DNA of 36,172 bases from Catajapyx aquilonaris (taxonomy: Eukaryota): positions 1 to 36,172 of the forward strand of contig JYFJ02003940.1 of the NCBI GenBank assembly GCA_000934665.2, in the 5' to 3' direction. The notes under the pieces were generated by a model. The model was not told the DNA's origin, ran no database searches, and worked only from the letters and a program-made list of their open reading frames with translations. Shown in pieces: positions 31,301 to 36,172 of the stretch. The translations under genes were made by a program, and so were the position numbers. The stretch's first letter is position 1. Every line of letters begins with the position of its first letter.

Positions 31301-33981
31301 CCTGAAAGATTCATTCTAGTTTCATGACATAGCAACGCGTTACTTGTGCAACAACAGTGCATATACAACTGGGAGCACTTCCTAACCAAGGTGAACGTGA
31401 AACCACACGGGTGATCCAAACCGACCATAATCTCAACAGTGACTAAACGTCAGTCACTGACGTGTCTTACCATGGAAGGAGCATGAGCAACATCGGCTTG
31501 ACCACTGACAGTGGTAAACTGTGCACCTTGCATGTGACCTGTGCCATAGGTATGAGCCCCTGCAACAAATGACTAGCATAAGCACCACCTCACATCTCAA
31601 CAATGTCTCCGCTTGGCAAAAGTGCACGTGACTCCCGCCTCACAGAATGCGGTCCATAGCATTACAAAATACAACCTGAATAGAATGTGGCCAATAGGCC
31701 CTGCTTATGCCAAGTCACTGTCAATACCCACAGGCTTGTCAATGTGGATAGAAAAAGTGCTGACACACTGGCCAGTAACTTACCATTTGCACCAGCTCTC
31801 ATGACAGCTGGCTTGGCCACTGATGCAGTGTTCACTTTTCCAACTTTACTGGTCTGGTGCTGCATGATGGTTGCCCTGTTAAGAACCAGATGGCATCAAA
31901 ACAACAGCCCATATTTCAGACACATTTGCTTATACCTCAGTGGTGAAACACTATCTTCTACCATTGTTGACCCTTCATCGCCTTCTATGCCAAAATGGTC
32001 CTTGGCTTTTTGCTGCAAAAGATCGGATGGTTAGCATATGTGAACTAATCTTGTTCACTTTAGATTAATTACCTTCCTTAGAATGATGTCAATGTAGCCA
32101 GCAATCAGTTGGGATATCTGTTCACCTTCTGTCGTCTGAACGGAGTAATAGCTGTCCGAATAGTCACCAAAATCAAGTGTGAAGGTGTTGGGAGAGGCAG
32201 CCCATCGACGAACAGTGGTAAGAGGCCATGTTTTTAGGATTTCTTTTGTTTTTTCATCCAAGCGCAAAACTGAATCTTTAGTTACACCAAGCAAGCGTGG
32301 AACCAATTTGTTTTTCCCCTTCATTTTTTCCTGTAATGCAATGCATTCACCTCATTCAGTTCTATGAGCTTGTCAGGTAAAAAAATGTTATTGTTAAAAA
32401 GTCAAGCCTCAATGTGATTGTTTGCATGTCATAAGACTTTAGGGCTAAATTAACACAAAACAACTCAAACTTGACTTAATTATGAAGAACATTAGATATG
32501 CTCATTGCTAACCATTCAGCTACTAAATACAGTACATAAATTTATATCTAGTCACCAAGCTTTTATAAAATCGAATAAAATATGAGATGTGTAATTAAGT
32601 TAATAATTGCAGTGAACAGAATCAGAATTTTCAAGAAATATTTTTGTTGCCAACACCTCAACAATTTCAAAGAAGCAACTACATCATTACTGTTTATAAG
32701 CTATTAAAGATGGGAATAGAATTTACAGGTTGAAATGAAAATATGACAGTCACACTAGGTGAAGGAAATCCTTCTGAATAGAAAAGTCCCCTGACTTTTT
32801 GCTAAAAAACTAAGCCTGAAGTGCTACAACTCTGCAAGGTTTGGGCATGTAGTTCTTAATCATGATCTTGCATTCCTTTGCCCAAAAGCATTGTCCAATG
32901 AAGGTTTTACATGTTCATTGGTGTCACAAGATTGCCCCACTGTTACAATGTAAAATGGTCTAGTACGTATTACCGGTACCAATCAGACAAATTTGAATGT
33001 TCCATGCTATTCAGTTCACACAAGGTGCCCAACTAATCCATGCTGGTTGAATAGGGCAGCTGCTATACATAACTGGGCACTTCGATTGGAGTGTAAAAAG
33101 CACAAAAATTACAACTTTTGGCGAAATTGGTGATAACTAAAAGGACCCCGATACTTGGAAGACAGTATATGATTTGCAGATGGTTCTTTGGTTTTGATAG
33201 AAGGTTTACTATATGTTAATTTCACTTATGCATACTAGTATCACAATGTGCAAGAAAATAATATTCTTAGGGCCGGTTGCACCAGTCGCGGTATATGGAA
33301 AACGGCGGGTTTTGACTCCGGTATACCGCGAGAAGTGTTGCGCCACCTACGGTTGTTCTAAAACGGCCCGTTCTCCCTCCCATTTACCGCCGGATCCCTC
33401 TACCCGCCGATCCTGCAGAACAAGTTGCTTATACCGCGGGTTTATGGTGTTGTCGTGGTTGCGAACTGGTGCTAGGGATTTTGTGTACTGTGTGACACCA
33501 GGTGGCAACCCTGCCACATGGTTGCCGTAGATACGAGACCACTACCCATACTTCCATGACGTCACGGATTGCGTCACAGGTGCTGCGATCCAATCAGCGC
33601 TCTCCAAAATTTTTGCCCGCTTACGTCTCTCATGGACCAGCATTCTACCGAAAACCCCCCGTTTTATCTGGACCGGTGCAACGCTATGGAATAAACCCGC
33701 GGTTTTTCATGGCATATACCGTGTACCCGCGGTGCAGGGTTCTTCCATATACCGTTCCATATACCGCGACTGGTGCAACCGGCCCTTAGCCTTAAATACA
33801 GTATATCTTTACCTTCACTAGGAAAAATGTCACGCCATATGTCTTGAGAGCTCGGGCTGTCTTTGTATATAGAACTTTGGCATCCAACTCAGCCATTTGG
33901 TAATGCTTCTTGTGCTCACTAAAAACCTTCTTTTCTATACCTTTTACTTTGACATATGATTGTGGAAGGAACTCCTTCAGG
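6988..33981 (-). CDS. rhea (TLN): Talin, 5'-partial multi-exon gene (35 exons in window, ~2,420 aa: F2 end, F3, linker, R1-R13, dimerisation helix, C-terminal tail)
   Basis: Translations match talin motifs (LKTYGVTFFLVKEKMKGKNKLVPRLLGVTK; WAASPNTFTLDFGDY; APGQKECD; GIIGDLDTTIMFATAGTL; WVDPEDPTVIAENELLGAA; DDGQWSEGLVSAA). All introns are GT-AG and the exon phases join into one open frame ending at TAA 6988-6990. Confidence 0.97.
8088..9485. mobile_element. Non-autonomous long-TIR (foldback) DNA transposon, TA-flanked (Tc1/mariner-type)
   Basis: TA|CTTGCCCAAACTC ... GAGTTTGGGCAAG|TA; arms ~8088-8715 and ~8880-9485 are diverged reverse complements around a ~165-bp spacer. Confidence 0.85.
9888..10180 (-). 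CDS. rhea (TLN): Talin exon: R13 end + dimerisation helix + start of tail
   Basis: AAGNAVKRATDNLVRAAQ...MVGGIAQEINARSEVLRIEKALEDARARLAAIRRAKY; donor AG|GTTAGT. Confidence 0.94.
10545..11556 (+). pseudogene. Mariner transposase pseudogene (frameshifts and stops)
   Basis: MEKIEACALIKF...APSYSTVKEW (HTH), ARWVPGNLT (WVPxxL), VTQDETWL (first catalytic D) and PDLAPSDYHLFPKIK motifs in shifting frames. Confidence 0.9.
11605..12108. mobile_element. MITE with 22-bp perfect TIRs and 3-bp ATT TSD (PIF/Harbinger-related)
   Basis: ATT|AGGGTCATTCCCACGTGCCACA ... TGTGGCACGTGGGAATGACCCT|ATT; CpG-rich interior. Confidence 0.85.
12376..12621 (-). CDS. rhea (TLN): Talin exon: R13 (I/LWEQ)
   Basis: DDGQWSEGLVSAARLVAAATHSLVEAAN...EEKLISSAKQVASSTAQLLVACKVKAD. 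Confidence 0.95.
12691..12816 (-). CDS. rhea (TLN): Talin exon: R13 (I/LWEQ actin-binding module)
   Basis: EADEDLNFDEMILEAAKSIAAATSALVKAASAAQRELIDTGR. Confidence 0.95.
13066..13190 (-). CDS. rhea (TLN): Talin exon: R12/R13 junction
   Basis: DWVDPEDPTVIAENELLGAASSIDAAAKKLEKLRPR. Confidence 0.95.
13544..14119. mobile_element. Mariner-derived MITE with long inverted arms
   Basis: TA|CGAGGGCTGTACTAAAATGATTT ... AAATCATTTTAGTACGGCCCTTG|TA; centre encodes VLPHPHYSPLLAPSDFHLFGSMKKPL. Confidence 0.88.
15739..15949 (-). CDS. rhea (TLN): Talin exon: R12
   Basis: GHDTAVQYRELLQMV...SRKIAQCVTELVSSAEILK. Confidence 0.93.
16160..16475. repeat. Old, degraded inverted repeat (probable MITE remnant)
   Basis: TGATCAAGCAGATTTTCTTGAAACTGGTCTCATT (~16181-16214) versus AATGAGACCAGTTCAAGAAAATCAGGCTTGATCA (~16411-16444). 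Confidence 0.5.
16853..17038 (-). CDS. rhea (TLN): Talin exon: R12
   Basis: TKPITLATAKAVAAGNSCKQDDVIVAANMGRKAVSDMLTVCK. Confidence 0.94.
17101..17217 (-). CDS. rhea (TLN): Talin exon: R11/R12
   Basis: VMVTNVTSLLKTVKAVEDEHTRGTRALESTIEAIAQEIR. Confidence 0.95.
18955..19080 (-). CDS. rhea (TLN): Talin exon: R11
   Basis: VMLINAVKDVASALGDLIQATKAASGK...LKESAK. Confidence 0.94.
19137..19261 (-). CDS. rhea (TLN): Talin exon: R11
   Basis: AASSQEQLAVAAQNAVATIVQLSEVVKLGAASLGANNPEAQ. Confidence 0.93.
19319..19547 (-). CDS. rhea (TLN): Talin exon: R10/R11
   Basis: VSQVLAALQAGSRGTQACINAASTVSGIIGDLDTTIMFATAGTL. Confidence 0.95.
19608..19877 (-). CDS. rhea (TLN): Talin exon: R10
   Basis: QLGSLAADLSHQYNQLA...DSARQTSEK. 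Confidence 0.93.
20058..20309 (-). CDS. rhea (TLN): Talin exon: R9/R10
   Basis: ASHIHGDIDEAA...SFVDYQTRMVNAAKEIARIAQDM. Confidence 0.93.
20365..20535 (-). CDS. rhea (TLN): Talin exon: R9
   Basis: ISQMASYFEPL...LLDQTKTISECALQLVYASKEGGGNPK. Confidence 0.93.
20597..20831 (-). CDS. rhea (TLN): Talin exon: R9
   Basis: DKAPGQKECDQSIEKL...RDLDQASLAAISQNL...EAEKLGHA. Confidence 0.94.
20877..20897. repeat. (GTT)n microsatellite
   Basis: About seven GTT units in a talin intron. Confidence 0.8.
20973..21294 (-). CDS. rhea (TLN): Talin exon: R8/R7
   Basis: EFASIPAKIS...VNPKDPPTWQMLANHSKNVSDSIKRLVASI. Confidence 0.95.
21363..21976 (-). CDS. rhea (TLN): Talin exon: R6/R7/R8
   Basis: VTDSINHLIDVCTSVAPGQKECDNA...KRHFVQSAKEVANATADLVKEIK. 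Confidence 0.95.
22036..22175 (-). CDS. rhea (TLN): Talin exon: R6
   Basis: QMVVSLKNVSLVSSHLLVTAKSVAADPSAPNAKNQLATAA. Confidence 0.93.
22235..22528 (-). CDS. rhea (TLN): Talin exon: R5/R6
   Basis: ALNKCVNCLPGQKDVDEAI...GMQIAGQTR. Confidence 0.93.
22590..22722 (-). CDS. rhea (TLN): Talin exon: R5
   Basis: VIDSAEEVMGKSYSLVLEAKKAL...LSQVAKSVSR. Confidence 0.92.
23010..25029 (+). mobile_element. Internally deleted Tc1/mariner-superfamily element (rosa/DD41D-like) with long TIRs
   Basis: TA|CAGGGTGGTTGA...TGACCACCCTG; ~130-bp outer TIR match; transposase relic at 24162-24530 (MAYTARKYCDMYLILGEC ... WPVRSLDRNPL ... GGHFEHLL*). Confidence 0.82.
26012..26211 (-). CDS. rhea (TLN): Talin exon: R5
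   Basis: MAQLLSAALQGNENYTGMAARDTANSLKDLTSAVRGIAATT. Confidence 0.93.
26477..26740 (-). CDS. rhea (TLN): Talin exon: R4/R5
   Basis: PGTRMVQAAKAVLPTVTDQ...LRPLPGET. Confidence 0.93.
26813..27040 (-). CDS. rhea (TLN): Talin exon: R4
   Basis: SAAKHAAATCRQCVAAAQG...PENPPAQLQLINASNQLIQ. Confidence 0.92.
27095..27325 (-). CDS. rhea (TLN): Talin exon: R3/R4
   Basis: GEAEEQPNSDLQRRLLAAARLLADATARMVEAAK...VIRQLE. Confidence 0.94.
27670..27835 (-). CDS. rhea (TLN): Talin exon: R3
   Basis: ETILVATDRLSASTGDAAEMVKQARILAQATAQLIQAIK. Confidence 0.93.
27898..28091 (-). CDS. rhea (TLN): Talin exon: R2
   Basis: VVAPTITSPACQQQLIVAAREVARAVE...ALNNLLNHI. Confidence 0.93.
28559..28828 (-). CDS. rhea (TLN): Talin exon: R1/R2
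   Basis: PRQNLLSAASRVGEAS...ISAATQCALATSQLVACAK. Confidence 0.94.
28892..29097 (-). CDS. rhea (TLN): Talin exon: R1
   Basis: EVDHTAVGAAINTITTNLPEMTRGVRMIAALM...AAEPETVE. Confidence 0.93.
29154..29262 (-). CDS. rhea (TLN): Talin exon: R1
   Basis: ASQRWKQTTLDTNKQSVSSQIAAMNAATAQVVTLTS. Confidence 0.93.
29317..29460 (-). CDS. rhea (TLN): Talin exon: linker / rod R1 start
   Basis: TAPQRALISTISSGHEAI...LPELGLDP. Confidence 0.92.
29882..30940 (-). mobile_element. Heavily decayed mariner element
   Basis: TA|TGAGGGGTGTTTCATAAGATACCTAC ... GTAGGTAAGTTATGAAATTCCCCTCA|TA; minus-strand relics KVSS*WVPIML, TDDKMWVHH, DNAPDH. Confidence 0.82.
31471..31559 (-). CDS. rhea (TLN): Talin exon: head-rod linker
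   Basis: AHTYGTGHMQGAQFTTVSGQADVAHAPSM; required to restore phase; donor GTAAGA. Confidence 0.85.
31784..31875 (-). CDS. rhea (TLN): Talin exon: head-rod linker
   Basis: ATIMQHQTSKVGKVNTASVAKPAVMRAGAN; donor GTAAGT. Confidence 0.9.
31936..32012 (-). CDS. rhea (TLN): Talin exon: head-rod linker
   Basis: QKAKDHFGIEGDEGSTMVEDSVSPL; AG/GT bounded. Confidence 0.93.
32073..32330 (-). CDS. rhea (TLN): Talin exon: FERM F3 (PTB-like integrin-binding subdomain)
   Basis: EKMKGKNKLVPRLLGVTKDSVLRLDEKTKE...QLIAGYIDIILRK; AG/GT bounded. Confidence 0.96.
33270..33785. mobile_element. PIF/Harbinger (Tourist-like) MITE, young
   Basis: Perfect 31-bp TIRs GGGCCGGTTGCACCAGTCGCGGTATATGGAA; TTA TSD in CTTAG context on both sides; CpG-rich. 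Confidence 0.9.
33813..33981 (-). CDS. rhea (TLN): Talin exon: FERM F2 end / F3 start
   Basis: LKEFLPQSYVKVKGIEKKVF...LKTYGVTFFLVK; AG/GT bounded. Confidence 0.95.
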
Positions 33982-34080
33982 CTGCAAGCAAGAAAAATTA
34001 TCGTTAACAAATCAAAGTCATATGTAGATGCAGCAATTAGGTGGTTAAAAGTCAGTGTAAAAGAACTTCCAAATTACCTA

Positions 34081-34480
34081 CCCAACCAACATACGCGACA
34101 ATGGGACGCCGATTTTGCCGACTAATCATGCCGAAATGGCGACTACATTAAGATACCTAGGTGTCAAAGCCGTTTTGGTGTCATTTGTGTAACTTATTTT
34201 ATAAACCAAATTTTCCAGCACCAGTTAGATGCCATAATAATAACGAAAACTCGGCACCAATATTGGTGACAAAGTATAGGCACCGATTAGGTACCAATTA
34301 CCAACCAAAATCATCAGTACTTGTTATCCATTAACATGTCAGTATTATTTCGGCACAAGTTAGACACCAACAGATCAGTGGTATCCTATCGGCACTGGTA
34401 AAAGTGGCAAATCCTTGCCTTCTTGGTACCGCATATTTAAGCATTTTGGCACCATTTCGCCACCAAGTATGTTTGTTGGG
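34081..34480. mobile_element. 400-bp TA-flanked MITE
   Basis: TA|CCCAACCAACATAC ... GTATGTTTGTTGGG|TA (1 mismatch); internal GGCACC/GCCGA repeats. Confidence 0.72.
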
Positions 34481-34699
34481 TAGTAATAAGGCAAGCCAAA
34501 AAATTTTCAATTGAGTGAAATACATAGTTGGGATTTTTTTCATTATATGCAATATACAGAGTGGTATGCTGACAAAGCTAACACCTTCAACAGTGGAGCT
34601 GGGTAAAATCTGATCTGATTTGCTCCAGTTTAGTTTAGAGTCAGTTTACTGGAGGAGCTAGAGCAACTAAGACTATCTGGCATAGGAAGAGGTGAGAGG

Positions 34700-34865
34700 A
34701 GAAGAGAAGTTTTTGGACAGTGAGAGGAAACTGGAGAACAATGAGAAAATCCATGTAAACTAGAAAAGAACTCCTTGAAACTTTTCCCACTTGAGAAAAT
34801 TCTTAGTCTGACCCAGGAATCAAATATTGGTCTTCTGAGGTGGAAGGCCACAGGGTTAGCCATGA
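34700..34865 (-). mobile_element. Degraded tRNA-derived SINE with V-domain-like core
   Basis: Minus strand: tRNA-like head (TGGCTAACCCTGTGGCCTTCCACC...TTTGATTCCTGG) followed by GGATTTTCTCATTGTTCTCCAGTTTCCTCTCACTGTCCAAAAAC, resembling the V-SINE core as recalled. Confidence 0.55.
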
Positions 34866-36172
34866 CATCATCATGTCACCTCCATACTTCAGTCATGAAT
34901 GCACCCTCTAGTTTCAGGTGCACATCAGGATCACCAATAATTGTACTGTACATTCATGACTGGAATGAGTTATCCATTACAGTTTTCCTTGACCAGTGTT
35001 GGAAACATTAACTCAAGCAGCTTTCCCTTGCATATGTGTACAAGCAGGAATGTCCTCTTTTATCAAGTCTGTCTCTCTACAGTTCTCAATATTTACATTA
35101 ATGAAGTGACTGTGGTTCTTATGGCATGGTGTTTTTGCCTTCTGAATTTAATGCTTTTATTGCATTACACCGCATTACAGCTACAAAACAGGGCCAAAAT
35201 AACCTGCGTTGACACATAAAAGGTAGAGTGGGACACCCCAATGCACTCTCATCATGCCCCAAGTCAGTGGAAATTGGCAGTGCAATGCTATCTAGTATAT
35301 ACCGTGGTTTTTAGAATTTAGATCATATCACATTGGTGGAAATGCCATAGATGAGCTCCTTGGTTAATTCACTTTCAAGTTTGGCGAGGAATCATACACA
35401 CTGTTGGAAAGCCCATTTAATGGCTTTTTGAATAATGCAGTGTTCCTAGTTCGTGGGGCCTTTCAGTTATAGGAAATTTCACTCAAAGCTGTTACTTTTT
35501 TGTAGCTTGTTATGCCCCGATTCAGGTGTCCTATTCTATAGCTACTGCTATATTTGACCACCTGGGAGTAATGGGGCAACTGGACTGGGGCACAACAAGC
35601 GACACAAAAATAACTATTTCTGCAATATCAGTGATAACTAAAAATGACCCAAAAACTTGGAACACCCTGTATATGTAATAACTCACTGCTACACTTGAGG
35701 CGACATAAACAAGCAGAAATGAGCAACCACAAGATTTTACCAAATAGATGTGAGCTAAAATTATGAAACAAGAGGTAGGACTTACTAACACATTACTACT
35801 AGTGTGAGAGTGGATAAAGTAAAGGAATACTATCACCACTTCATAAAAAATACCATTCCTGCACAAGAATTTGGACCAAAGAAGCACCCATAAACAGTTC
35901 TATAAAGTATAATAGTCAATGTTTTTGTCTTGTAAATGTTGCCTCATTCTTGTAAGTTCATCACCCCCATATGTCAGAAAATTCACAAAAAATTGCTACT
36001 CATATTTTTGTGTCGATATTGGTCACAGGAACCAACATTCCTTGACACTTAACTGACAATAATTTTTAAAATATACAGGGTGATCAAACTTTTTTGTCGT
36101 TTTAGTTATTGACAAATTCAGCCTAAGCTGCTTATATTGTAGCCCGTTCCCTGGCAACGCCGTCCGGTGGGC

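Noticed and set aside
31575..31676. Cryptic exon in the linker intron after a CTATTCAG acceptor
   Set aside because: Hits a stop after four codons in the required phase; no evidence that it is a functional poison exon.
35655..36172. Tc1-like ends CACCCTG|TA (35663-35671) and TA|CAGGGTG (36074-36082)
   Set aside because: They face away from each other and no partner TIR could be confirmed in the window; probably ends of two separate elements.

Overview
Eukaryotic (most likely arthropod) genomic DNA, not prokaryotic. Most of the window (6988-33981, minus strand) is the 3' ~90% of a single talin gene (Drosophila rhea / vertebrate TLN). I traced 35 GT-AG exons by hand; their phases are consistent and they encode about 2,420 aa: end of FERM F2, F3, linker, rod R1-R13, dimerisation helix and a ~118-aa Ser/Thr-rich C-terminal tail. 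The F0-F2 exons must lie beyond the right edge. Downstream on the same strand are the first three coding exons of an aldo-keto reductase (L-galactose dehydrogenase-like; ATG at 5417); its remaining exons were not found in the window. The larger introns hold DNA transposon relics: decayed mariner/Tc1 copies, hAT-, Harbinger- and Tc1-type MITEs, a long-TIR foldback element, a ~3-kb multi-branched inverted-repeat element and a probable V-SINE-like remnant. Most entries in the ORF track are spurious. I found no convincing novel protein-coding system; the most unusual signals are structural or splicing-related. Rod-domain boundaries are approximate and based on recalled talin sequence.
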